From assembly GCA_017623235.1 (NCBI GenBank), contig JAGAPN010000033.1, positions 13,725-77,724 on the forward strand: DNA of 64,000 bases. The letters run 5' to 3'. The notes under the pieces were generated by a model. That model saw only the letters and a program-made list of their open reading frames with translations. It searched no databases and was not told the DNA's origin. This document shows positions 54,987 through 63,735 of this stretch, piece after piece. Source of the stretch: Clostridia bacterium. Lineage in GTDB: Bacteria; Bacillota; Clostridia; Oscillospirales; Acutalibacteraceae. Made by a program: the position numbers and the translations under genes. Each line of letters opens with the position of its first letter. Within the stretch, counting starts at the first letter, position 1.

Positions 54987-56267
54987 TTATTTTTCTTCGT
55001 AGTAATCCTTCTTTTCAAAGGTAAGTCTTTCAAGATTTTTTGGGGCATCGCCGAAATCGGGAACCTCAATGGGCAGTCCGTCCTTCATAGCCGACTCGTG
55101 GGCTATAATTCCGGGGATGATGTATCTTGCCGAATCCCAGGCGTTATTGGGGGGCAGCTTGTTTGCTACCACCGCTCTCATAAAGTCGTCCACCAGGAAG
55201 GGGTGAGAGTTGTAGTGAACGGTATCGGGGCAGCTTCTGAATGCCAGGGGCAGACGGTCAACGTCGTGAATAGGGGCGAAGCCTCTGTGAGCAGGCTCCG
55301 AAATGGGGTAGGTGTTTATCGCAAAATCGGGAGCCTTGGAGGTCTTTGTATAGGTGTTGGTGTTCAGCAGGTCGCTGACGTAATCAATTCTTGTATCGTC
55401 CACACCTGCTGCGGTACCCTTTATAAGCACGTGCTGGGTAACCGAGCCCTCGTAGCCACCCTTGTCGCCGTAAAGGCAGGTTATGTAGGAGGAGGGCTTG
55501 TGGGGGATACCTGCGCGGCGGAACTCATTAATTCTGGCCACACCGCCGCCCGACATCTGCATAAGGGCGGTTTCATTACTGAAGGGGTTATCCCAATTAT
55601 TTTTACCCTTGCCGAAAACACCGTCCTCGTGGTTATCTCGGTAGCCCATACAGCTTACCTTGGTAACGTGCTCGTCTATAACCGAGGTAATCATAGAAAT
55701 AGAATGGGTGGAGTAGTACATAGGAGGAATACCTGCAACCCTCTTCCAATCCTTGCCGCCTGAGTGGGCAAAGGCGTAGTAGAAGGTGGCCATATCGTGG
55801 TAATACTGGCTTTCTCCGTAAACAAATTTACCGAGCAGTCCTTTGCGGTAAACATCACGGCAGAAGATAGCGCAGGGGAAGTAGTAGCAGGTTTCACCTG
55901 TCATATAAACCATACCCGTGCGCTTTACTGCTTCAATAATTTTCCCCATATCCTCAATATCCGAAGCCATAGGCACGGCGCTGAAAACGTGCTTGCCTGC
56001 ATTAAGGCAATCCACCGCCATACTGCCGTGGAGGTGACGCTGTGTAAATATTGCCACACAGTCAACGTCCTTGCCCTCACGCAGCACCTCTTCAAGGGAG
56101 TGGAATATTCGGCTTATACCGTGTTTCTTGGCGGCGGCATCGCACCTTTCGGGTACAATGTCGGCTACCGATACCTCAGCCACGTCGGGATGGCTTTTAA
56201 AAAGGGGAATAAAAAAGTCGGAAAACTCTCCTAAACCCACTATACAAACCTTATGCTGCTTTGACAT
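54987..56267 (-). CDS. Gfo/Idh/MocA-family oxidoreductase (426 aa form)
   Basis: MSKQHKVCIVGLGEFSDFF Rossmann start. I prefer the ATG at 56267 (RBS GAAAGAAGG) over the TTG at 56285. It is the first gene of the - strand operon that ends with GRE2. Confidence 0.65.
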   Translation of the reverse strand: MSKQHKVCIVGLGEFSDFFIPLFKSHPDVAEVSVADIVPERCDAAAKKHGISRIFHSLEEVLREGKDVDCVAIFTQRHLHGSMAVDCLNAGKHVFSAVPMASDIEDMGKIIEAVKRTGMVYMTGETCYYFPCAIFCRDVYRKGLLGKFVYGESQYYHDMATFYYAFAHSGGKDWKRVAGIPPMYYSTHSISMITSVIDEHVTKVSCMGYRDNHEDGVFGKGKNNWDNPFSNETALMQMSGGGVARINEFRRAGIPHKPSSYITCLYGDKGGYEGSVTQHVLIKGTAAGVDDTRIDYVSDLLNTNTYTKTSKAPDFAINTYPISEPAHRGFAPIHDVDRLPLAFRSCPDTVHYNSHPFLVDDFMRAVVANKLPPNNAWDSARYIIPGIIAHESAMKDGLPIEVPDFGDAPKNLERLTFEKKDYYEEK

Positions 56268-56333
56268 ATAAAAACCTTCTTTCAAAGAATAAATCTTTCC
56301 AAATATAATATATCATATAAGGAGCGATTGTTA

Positions 56334-56370
56334 AATGGACAAAACGGTATTTTTTGCATATAAAACGGTA
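56334..56370 (-). promoter_or_regulatory. Two phased direct repeats (AAAACGGTA, 21-bp spacing) in the divergent promoter region between the oxidoreductase operon and the AraC gene. Candidate operator.
   Basis: AATGGACAAAACGGTA (56334-56349) and GCATATAAAACGGTA (56356-56370). Both longer strings recur identically at 63736-63751 and 63780-63794. On the - strand the proximal repeat abuts a TTGTCC -35-like hexamer. Confidence 0.6.
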
Positions 56371-56405
56371 GTAGCGGCGGCTCTGCTTGACAAAGGCAAA
56401 ATTAT

Positions 56406-57260
56406 ATGATAAAAATAAAATATAAAAAACGTCGGGAGGTGCCTGAAATAAATATCTATGACAGCATTTTCAGCCTGCCTGAAAATGAGTTTTTCGTGGG
56501 AGATTTTGCCGCCGTCCGCAAGGAGATTATTCCTCCCGCACATTTCAAATGCCATAAAAATCTGGTGCTTTATCAGCGGTTTGTATATGTAGTAAAAGGT
56601 ACTTTTATCTTTAACGATGAGGTGCATAAAAACGTAAGATTTGAGCCCGGGGATATCATTTATCTTCCCTCCGACGTGGTTTATGAATCCTATTGGGAGA
56701 AGGACGAGATAGGGGAGTTTATTTCACTTAATTTCTGCCTTTACGACCCCTTGCATAATAATATAAATCTTTTTGACGACTTGGTGCTGGCCTGTAAAGA
56801 CCCCGACCGAAAGCTTTTCTCGGTGTTTGACGAGGTCCAGGAAATCTGGAATAAATCTGCCAGAGGCCATAAGCTGCAGTGTATATCCCATCTTTATGCT
56901 CTGCTTTACCGTATAGGCAAATATTCCTTACGACTTGAAGAAGGCAGTAAAAACGCCATATCAAAGGCGGTTATATACCTGGAAAATCACTTTTTAAACG
57001 ACGTCACCGTGGAGGACCTGGTAAAGCTTACCAACGTGGGAGAGTGTCAGTTTAGGCGAAGCTTTAAGGCCCTTAAGGGAATGTCACCCATAAAGTACCG
57101 CAATATGCTTAGGATGACCAAGGCCATAGACCTGCTTAAAACGGGGGAGTATTCGGTTGTGGAGGCCTCTATGATAGTAGGCTTTGATGACCCTTCATAT
57201 TTTTCCAAGCTTTTTAAAAAACAGTTTGGCCAGAGTCCTTCGAGTTATATACCGCAATAA
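56406..57260 (+). CDS. AraC/XylS-family transcriptional regulator
   Basis: N-terminal cupin-like sensor region. C-terminal double HTH VEDLVKLTNVGECQFRRSFKALKGMSPIKYRNMLRMTKAIDLL...VVEASMIVGFDDPSYFSKLFKKQFGQSPSSY. Confidence 0.85.
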   Translation: MIKIKYKKRREVPEINIYDSIFSLPENEFFVGDFAAVRKEIIPPAHFKCHKNLVLYQRFVYVVKGTFIFNDEVHKNVRFEPGDIIYLPSDVVYESYWEKDEIGEFISLNFCLYDPLHNNINLFDDLVLACKDPDRKLFSVFDEVQEIWNKSARGHKLQCISHLYALLYRIGKYSLRLEEGSKNAISKAVIYLENHFLNDVTVEDLVKLTNVGECQFRRSFKALKGMSPIKYRNMLRMTKAIDLLKTGEYSVVEASMIVGFDDPSYFSKLFKKQFGQSPSSYIPQ

Positions 57261-57295
57261 AAAAGGGAGAAGATTCACCGAATCTTCTCCCTTTT
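57261..57295. terminator. Bidirectional rho-independent terminator
   Basis: AAAA GGGAGAAGATT caccg AATCTTCTCCC TTTT, between the AraC stop (57260) and the rhaM stop (57300). Confidence 0.85.
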
Positions 57296-57299
57296 AGTT

Positions 57300-57617
57300 T
57301 TATCTGAAACTGAATACCTGCCGCATTAAAGGCTGGGCACCCGTTTCGGGGTCAAGCTCCATTACCATAATGTCGGCCATATATTCATTCCAGCGGTCAA
57401 CCACAGCGCTTTCACGTTGAACCCGTGCGGCGTGGTCGACCCCTTTTTCACATTCGTAGTATCCGAAAAGGTCGTTACCTGAGTTCCAAATACTATAGTT
57501 TACTATACCGGCCTCGGTAAGCACCGCCTTCATTTCATCCCACAGGGCATCGTGACGGCGTATGTATTCATCCAGACAGCCTTCCTTTACGGTTGCCTTC
57601 CAAGCATATTTTTCCAT
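57300..57617 (-). CDS. rhaM: L-rhamnose mutarotase
   Basis: 105 aa. YAWKATVKEGCLDEYIRRHDALWDEMKAVLTEAGIVNYSIW...LFGYYE...RWNEYM matches the RhaM/YiiL family pattern. Confidence 0.8.
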   Translation of the reverse strand: MEKYAWKATVKEGCLDEYIRRHDALWDEMKAVLTEAGIVNYSIWNSGNDLFGYYECEKGVDHAARVQRESAVVDRWNEYMADIMVMELDPETGAQPLMRQVFSFR

Positions 57618-57626
57618 AAATATACC

Positions 57627-58967
57627 TTATTTCAGCTTATCAAGCACGTCGTTGGTGCTCTTAACGGCGGCATCTACCAGGTTAGAATACTCGTTAAGCT
57701 TGGTGGATGCATTGGCGGGCTTTGCATTGATGATGCTGGCGTTGATGTGAATACCACCCTTACCGATATCGTCGGTGATAAGGCCGCAATCATAATTTAC
57801 GTACATATTTTCGGCCTTCATAAGAGCCTCGTGAACGTCCAGCATAGTGGGGTCACAGAAGAAGGTGTTCTTATCATAGTTTTCAGAGTCGAGGTAGTAG
57901 CGGAGGAAGAAGGGTGCAAGGCTTCCACAGGGAGCGCCCTGGGGAATAGCGTAAGCCTCTACCTCGGACCAAACTGTTGCATTGGTACCGCCGTCAATGG
58001 TGGGGAAGGGAACAGCAGCAAGAGCGCCCTGTGCCTTTAAGGACTTCCAATAGAAATGAGTACGGCGAACGCTGATAAGCGACTCTGTGAAGAAGAGAAT
58101 TTTGCCGTTTTCAAAGTTGTTGATATCGAAACGGATGTTGTTGGTGATGCCGTCCTCTCTGAGCTGGCACATCTTCTGCCAACCCTTTAAGAGGTTGGGG
58201 TCGCTCATATTGGAAACGAAGCGGTCACCCTCACGCTTAATCATAGCAGAACCGTAAGCATCGCCTGCGTCGGCCCACTGGTAAGAGGTCCAGGGCAGGT
58301 AGGTGTCGTCATCAACCTCTTCCTTGAAGGTCTTGCAGATTTCCTCAAACTTTTCCCAGTTCCAGTTGCCTTGCTTCCAGAGAGAGTAGGGGTCTTCAAG
58401 GTCAAAACGGTTTATAAGATTTTTGTTGTAAAGAAGTGCGCGGGGCTGCTGAAGCAGGGTGTTGCGCATATTGGTGCCGTAGGTTTTACCGTCAAAGGTG
58501 TAGAAATCCATAATACGGGTATCCCAGGCCTCGTCGGTGAAATCAAAATCAATGTTCTGCAGGGGCTCAAGCACACGGATAAGACCTGTGTCGATGCGCA
58601 TAAGTCTTACGATGTCAGGGGAGTCCTGAGAAGCAACACGGGCGGCAATTTTGGTAGAATATTCGTTGTAGCTGCCCTTTACCCATTCGATTTTAATGCC
58701 TGTTTCGTTCTCAAACTGCTCAACAACGTCTACTGCGCCTGTAACGTCGGTAAGGTCGTTCCAAGAGAATACCTCAATGGTCTTGCCCTTGGCATCTGCA
58801 GGAATTTTGGCCTTGATTTCCTGCCAGCCTGCATTATTGGCAGAGTTGCCGGTATTGTTGCCCGAGCTTCCGGTGTCGGAGCTGTCGCCGTTTCCGCCAC
58901 AGCCAGCAACGGTGAATACCATAGCTAAAGCCAGAAGAAGACAGATAAGTTTAGATGCGATTTTCAT
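57627..58967 (-). CDS. ABC transporter substrate-binding lipoprotein, orphan paralog of 22301..23665
   Basis: Lipobox FTVAGCGGNGDSS. Extensive shared blocks with the 454-aa SBP. No permease genes adjacent. Confidence 0.8.
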   Translation of the reverse strand: MKIASKLICLLLALAMVFTVAGCGGNGDSSDTGSSGNNTGNSANNAGWQEIKAKIPADAKGKTIEVFSWNDLTDVTGAVDVVEQFENETGIKIEWVKGSYNEYSTKIAARVASQDSPDIVRLMRIDTGLIRVLEPLQNIDFDFTDEAWDTRIMDFYTFDGKTYGTNMRNTLLQQPRALLYNKNLINRFDLEDPYSLWKQGNWNWEKFEEICKTFKEEVDDDTYLPWTSYQWADAGDAYGSAMIKREGDRFVSNMSDPNLLKGWQKMCQLREDGITNNIRFDINNFENGKILFFTESLISVRRTHFYWKSLKAQGALAAVPFPTIDGGTNATVWSEVEAYAIPQGAPCGSLAPFFLRYYLDSENYDKNTFFCDPTMLDVHEALMKAENMYVNYDCGLITDDIGKGGIHINASIINAKPANASTKLNEYSNLVDAAVKSTNDVLDKLK

Positions 58968-59068
58968 TTGTGTTCCTCCTTGAAATTTATATTATAATGA
59001 TAAAACATTTAAGGACCCTGTTCAAGTTATAATAATGCTGAATTATATAACAAAATCATTCTAAAATA

Positions 59069-61975
59069 TTAATATACGCTTATTTTCAGCACGCTGGCGC
59101 CTGCTACACCGCCCATATAAGAGCCGCCTACTATGTATTGGGGAATGGTAAGAGGGGTAACCCCGTCTTCGGCGTACTTTGTAACGTATTTCTTGGCGGA
59201 GGCATCATAGGTGGTGGCCAGAATCTCGGAATAGAAGTTGTTGTGAACGTGACCGCAGAAGATGCCCTTTATAACCTCGGGGTTAGAGGCGATAAGGTCA
59301 AATACCTTGGCGGTATAGTTTTCCGAGGGACCCTTTGCATCGGAGCCACGCTTAATATAATAGTTATTTTCACCCATAGCGCCTGCCTCACTATCGGGCA
59401 TTGCAGCGCCGTAGCCGGTGTTGAAGGGCACAAATTTGGGGTAGGCCTCGTTATAGGTGTTCATAGGAACGTGCTGGAAAATAAGTATGGGCACGCCGCT
59501 TTGCTTGCAGTCTGCAATATCGGCGCTGAGCCTGTTATAAATGTTGCTGTTATCCTGGTATTTTACCGCCTGGTTATCCATAACAACAATCTTTACCTGC
59601 TTGTCACCCTTGGTGATAACCTCGCTGTGGTAGTAGATGTCGTTGGGCCAGAAATCGCTGTTCAGCTTCTGATATTTATAGTTCTGGGTAAACATTTCTC
59701 TGAAGCCGTTTGCCTTGGATACCTTGGCAAAAAGCTCGGCGGTTTCGTGGTTGCCCAGGGCAATCAGCAGATTATTATTAATGGAGCGGTCTATCAGCAA
59801 CTTTTTAGAAAGCTCAGCAGTACCGTAGGAGAAGTAGTCCATAATATCGCCGATAACAACGGTTTTGTCATAAAAACTACCGAATTCCATCAGCTTTGCG
59901 GAGTTGGCAACACTGCCGAAGCCCTTGTCAACACGGCCCATATCACGGGACACAACAGAGGTTTTACCATCCTTGTCGGTAACCTCCACGCCGAACCATT
60001 GAGCGTTTACGGATGGGTTGTTAAGAAGGGTATCCATCTTATTATAATAGTTAAAGTGAATGTCCGAGAAGGCAGCGATTTCAATAGGTGTGCCGCCCTG
60101 TGAGCTGTCACCGATAACGATATCCCTTACCAGCATATTATTCTTAAGCAGATAAGCGGCGTGGTTGGGGTCACGGTCGGTTTGGCTGTCGGGGGCGTTG
60201 GGGCCGGTAAGCCAGGCAGAAAAGGCGAACCCGCCGTTACCTGTGGTCTTGTCGATAATGCGCTGGCCCTCAACGTAGGTGATAATGGTGTTGCAAAGCG
60301 CACCGGCCTCGTCACCCAGAGCCTCTTTTTCGGCAAGAGCCGTCTTGTAAAGGCTGGTGGTGAGGTAATCGGTGTAAAGAACTCTGGCCACACCGTTTAT
60401 GTCGGTGTACTCGGCATAGCCCTTTACGGTATAGAATTTATAATACTTATCCTTTGTAAGCTGTTCGATAGAATCGGTGATACAAAGGGTGTACTGCTCG
60501 GCTGTAGAGGAGCGGGCGTAGATGTTGGCGGCCGCTACCTTTTTGGGGGAATAGGAGGGGGTGATACTACGGTCTACCACGTGGGCAGAGGATATTTCCA
60601 TATCGGTGCCGCCCGAATAATTGGTAGGCATATAAATTGCGCCGAAGCTCACGCTTCCTACCGCTGATTTTAAAGCGGCTTCAAATTTGCGGTTCTTTTC
60701 GAAGATGATGCGCAGGCCCTGCTTATCGACGCTGTCGGAAACAGCTCGAAGCTCGGTGCCCTTTATGCAGAAATCACTCTCGGCAAAATCCACGTACTTG
60801 GCGTAAAGGATATCTCCTGTCTTGAATTCGCCCGAGCTTACGGCCTTGCCGTTTTTATCGGTCCAGCCTACAAAAAGCTTGCCCTCGGGGTCAAAATAGG
60901 TAAGCTCTGCAAAATTAAGGTTGGTATCCTTCTTTACCTTAATTTCCTTGCCGCCGTTTAAATATTCAATATCGGAATCGGGGAAGGTAACGCTGTATTT
61001 ACCATAGCTGTTAAGGGCAAGCTCCTTGGAAACCGATTCCAGCATTTCGCCTACCGAGGATACGGCCACAGCCTCGTTGTCACCGACCACCTTAAATACA
61101 CCTCTGGTGTCGGTAATCTCCAGATAAGATGCGCCTTTTTCACAGCTCATTACATAAACTCCTTCCTTTGCAGTAAGGGTTTCGGAAATTTCATACAATC
61201 TGTACATTCCGTTGTTGTACAGCAGGGTAACAGCTCCCTCAAACACAGGGGTCTTACCCTTGGTGGTGTAATACATATTGCCAACCTCGGCGCCGATGGT
61301 AAGGTTAAGGTCACCTGTAAAGGTAACGCCGCCGCTGGCGTTGGCGCCTAAAATAAGGTTGGAAAGAGCCGCATTACCCGAAATATTTATGTTGGCGTTG
61401 CGGACCGTAATATCGCTCGCAGAGGTGGAGCCTACGTATATCGAGCCGTAGCTGCCGCCCAGTAGGGTAAGGTTAATATCCTTGCCGCTGACGTCGGCGC
61501 CTGCGTCTATGTTAAGGGAATAGGAGGCAGAACTCTTGGTAACCCCCTCGCCGCAGGTAAGGGGATAGCCTGCAGTGCCAAGAAATACCCAGGTATTGCC
61601 TGCAACACCTGCGCAAAGGCTGATGTCCTCAAATACGGTGGGTCCGCCCAGCAGTATGTTTTTTGTGTAGTGGAAGGTAGCACCCTCACCGGTAAAGGTT
61701 ATTTCCTTGGTGTGGGAGGGAATATTTTCCGATACCGTCAGGGTACCTGCAACCACTATACAGCCCTTATCGTCGGTAGAGCCATCTATGGCGGTTACGG
61801 CCGAGGCAAGGCTGTTAAAAGGTGAGGCAGAGCTGCCGTCACCATCGGTAGCGGCCGAGGTATCAAGATAGACGGTTAGGCAGGTTTTTGTTGTATCATT
61901 GGCAAAGGCAGAGGTGGAAAATACCGATACGATAAGGCAAAGGGTCAGTATTACTGCTATAATTATTTGTTTCAT
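59069..61975 (-). CDS. Secreted 968-aa protein: N-terminal beta-helix/adhesin-like repeats and a C-terminal calcineurin-like metallophosphoesterase domain
   Basis: Signal peptide MKQIIIAVILTLCLIVSVFSTSAFA. Metallophosphatase motifs occur in order at ~59200-60090: AAFSDIHF (DxH), VIGDIMDY (GD), ALGNHE, IFQHVP, CGHVHNN (GHxH). Confidence 0.75.
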   Translation of the reverse strand: MKQIIIAVILTLCLIVSVFSTSAFANDTTKTCLTVYLDTSAATDGDGSSASPFNSLASAVTAIDGSTDDKGCIVVAGTLTVSENIPSHTKEITFTGEGATFHYTKNILLGGPTVFEDISLCAGVAGNTWVFLGTAGYPLTCGEGVTKSSASYSLNIDAGADVSGKDINLTLLGGSYGSIYVGSTSASDITVRNANINISGNAALSNLILGANASGGVTFTGDLNLTIGAEVGNMYYTTKGKTPVFEGAVTLLYNNGMYRLYEISETLTAKEGVYVMSCEKGASYLEITDTRGVFKVVGDNEAVAVSSVGEMLESVSKELALNSYGKYSVTFPDSDIEYLNGGKEIKVKKDTNLNFAELTYFDPEGKLFVGWTDKNGKAVSSGEFKTGDILYAKYVDFAESDFCIKGTELRAVSDSVDKQGLRIIFEKNRKFEAALKSAVGSVSFGAIYMPTNYSGGTDMEISSAHVVDRSITPSYSPKKVAAANIYARSSTAEQYTLCITDSIEQLTKDKYYKFYTVKGYAEYTDINGVARVLYTDYLTTSLYKTALAEKEALGDEAGALCNTIITYVEGQRIIDKTTGNGGFAFSAWLTGPNAPDSQTDRDPNHAAYLLKNNMLVRDIVIGDSSQGGTPIEIAAFSDIHFNYYNKMDTLLNNPSVNAQWFGVEVTDKDGKTSVVSRDMGRVDKGFGSVANSAKLMEFGSFYDKTVVIGDIMDYFSYGTAELSKKLLIDRSINNNLLIALGNHETAELFAKVSKANGFREMFTQNYKYQKLNSDFWPNDIYYHSEVITKGDKQVKIVVMDNQAVKYQDNSNIYNRLSADIADCKQSGVPILIFQHVPMNTYNEAYPKFVPFNTGYGAAMPDSEAGAMGENNYYIKRGSDAKGPSENYTAKVFDLIASNPEVIKGIFCGHVHNNFYSEILATTYDASAKKYVTKYAEDGVTPLTIPQYIVGGSYMGGVAGASVLKISVY

Positions 61976-61989
61976 ATCATCCGCCTCCT

Positions 61990-63666
61990 TTAGTTAAATT
62001 TATCATCGTCGACCGAGTCGTTATCAAGGCCGAGAATATCAAAGGTTTCTTCTATAGTATCCAGCAGAGCAACCCGCAATACTGCGGTGTCCTCGCCGTC
62101 AAAAAGACCGTTTTTATTGCTGTCTACAAGGAAATAATAATCCGTCGATTTTGCGGTATAAACTATATCGCAGATATTGAATTTCTTATCTCTGTTGGCA
62201 TCGTTTGCCAGGCCCTCGTAGGCAGGATTTTTGAAAGTATCATAATATTCATATTTATTTTTATCCTGCAGCAGGGAAACGTAGCCCTGTGACGAGGTCA
62301 GCTTGCTGTCTTCGTCGGTATTGGCAAAACCGTAGTAATTGGGGGCGTCGGTCCAGCCGTAAAGTCCCATTTTAAAATCGGGGTTTACCAGCAGATTGGT
62401 GCGATACGGGTCGTCCTTGCGGTAAAGGGTAAAGTAGGAATAATTACCCAAAAGTACGTCATCGGTGGTAAGTCTTATACCAACGATGTGTCTTACCTTG
62501 CCCTCTATGGTAGAGTCAACGTAGGCCACTCCCGTGCTGCCCGACTGGCTGCTGACGGGATTACTGCCTGCCGTAAAGGTGACATAGGAGAAATTATATT
62601 CGCTGTAGGGCAGATTGGCCTCGACGCATTGTGCCTTTGTAAGGTCGCAGGTTTTTTGTATGTACTTACGATTGTCGTATATTCTGGACCATACATTATC
62701 GGAGTAGGTGGAGCCCGAATGATATTCTACCCATAAAGGCTCGTTGGCGTAGCTGCTGCCGTAAAATGAATCAACGGTACCGACGGCGCCGAATACGTAT
62801 TCAACGTTAGGCTCCAGAGCTACCGTCTGACCGAAGGTTTTCGAGCTCACAGAACGAAGATGGCTTAAATATCTCTCGCCGCCCGAATAGTTATCGGTAG
62901 AGGTATAGCTGAAGTTGTCGACACAGGCATACTGGGAAATGCCCGATTTGCCGCCTACACCAACGCCTGCAGTACCCGAGGTAAAGGGGGTCTTGTCAAC
63001 AAAGGTGTTGTTAACCACCACCAACTGAGCGGAGGAGGTTATTTTAATAAGACGGACATTTATTACGGCATACTGCTGTCCCGTTACCGTCATTTCAAGG
63101 CGGTAGCTGCAGCCGCTCTCATAAGCACGGCTTCCGCAGGTGTTGTATTGCAAATTTGTATCTGTAACTGCCGTCTGCTTGCTTGCGGTATCTGCCCTGT
63201 AAAGCAGAACTCTGCCGTCAGAGGTGCTGTATCTGGCATAGTAGCCTGCAAAGCTTCTCCAGTTGCTGTCATCCTTTTTGGTAAGACGGGCGTAAACGGA
63301 TACGGTGTTACCCTGGGGCAGGTCGGTCATATTAAATTCAACCGCAACCCTCTGGTCGCAGGTTTCCTTGCCCGGCAGATAAAGGGCGCCGGCAAATCTT
63401 GAACGGTCCTGATTCTGGGTGTCTACCTTTAGCTTACCATCTGCCACCGAAGAGGTGTAGGTGTAGCCGTCAATGGTTTCGCCCTTGCCCATAAGTACCC
63501 ATTTGTCTGACAGGCTATTTTCCGAAAAATCATCGGAATACACCAGGTTTATGGGTGTGCTGTCCTCGGCCGAAGCCATAAAGGCCGAAACAAAGCAGGC
63601 GGTAAGGCACAAAACGGTAGCTAAAATAATAGCCAAGCCACGCTTAAAGACTGTTTTAACCGTCAT
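61990..63666 (-). CDS. Secreted modular protein: LamG-like module, jelly-roll module and a C-terminal dockerin. No enzymatic domain is recognisable.
   Basis: I prefer the ATG at 63666 (MTVKTVFKRGLAIILATVLCL..., RBS AAAGGAG) over 63699. Collinear with the N-terminal 470 aa of the 778-aa protein (e.g. NEPLWVEYH/Q.GS, IQKTCDLT.AQC.EANL.Y, RTNLLVNPDFKMGLYGWTD). Dockerin loops DANRDKKFNICD and DSNKNGLFDGED at ~62050-62215. Confidence 0.7.
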   Translation of the reverse strand: MTVKTVFKRGLAIILATVLCLTACFVSAFMASAEDSTPINLVYSDDFSENSLSDKWVLMGKGETIDGYTYTSSVADGKLKVDTQNQDRSRFAGALYLPGKETCDQRVAVEFNMTDLPQGNTVSVYARLTKKDDSNWRSFAGYYARYSTSDGRVLLYRADTASKQTAVTDTNLQYNTCGSRAYESGCSYRLEMTVTGQQYAVINVRLIKITSSAQLVVVNNTFVDKTPFTSGTAGVGVGGKSGISQYACVDNFSYTSTDNYSGGERYLSHLRSVSSKTFGQTVALEPNVEYVFGAVGTVDSFYGSSYANEPLWVEYHSGSTYSDNVWSRIYDNRKYIQKTCDLTKAQCVEANLPYSEYNFSYVTFTAGSNPVSSQSGSTGVAYVDSTIEGKVRHIVGIRLTTDDVLLGNYSYFTLYRKDDPYRTNLLVNPDFKMGLYGWTDAPNYYGFANTDEDSKLTSSQGYVSLLQDKNKYEYYDTFKNPAYEGLANDANRDKKFNICDIVYTAKSTDYYFLVDSNKNGLFDGEDTAVLRVALLDTIEETFDILGLDNDSVDDDKFN

Positions 63667-63735
63667 AATATTTTCTCCTTTTTGAAGAAGTAATAACACA
63701 TCATTATAATTTTATCACATTAAAGCGTTTTCTTG

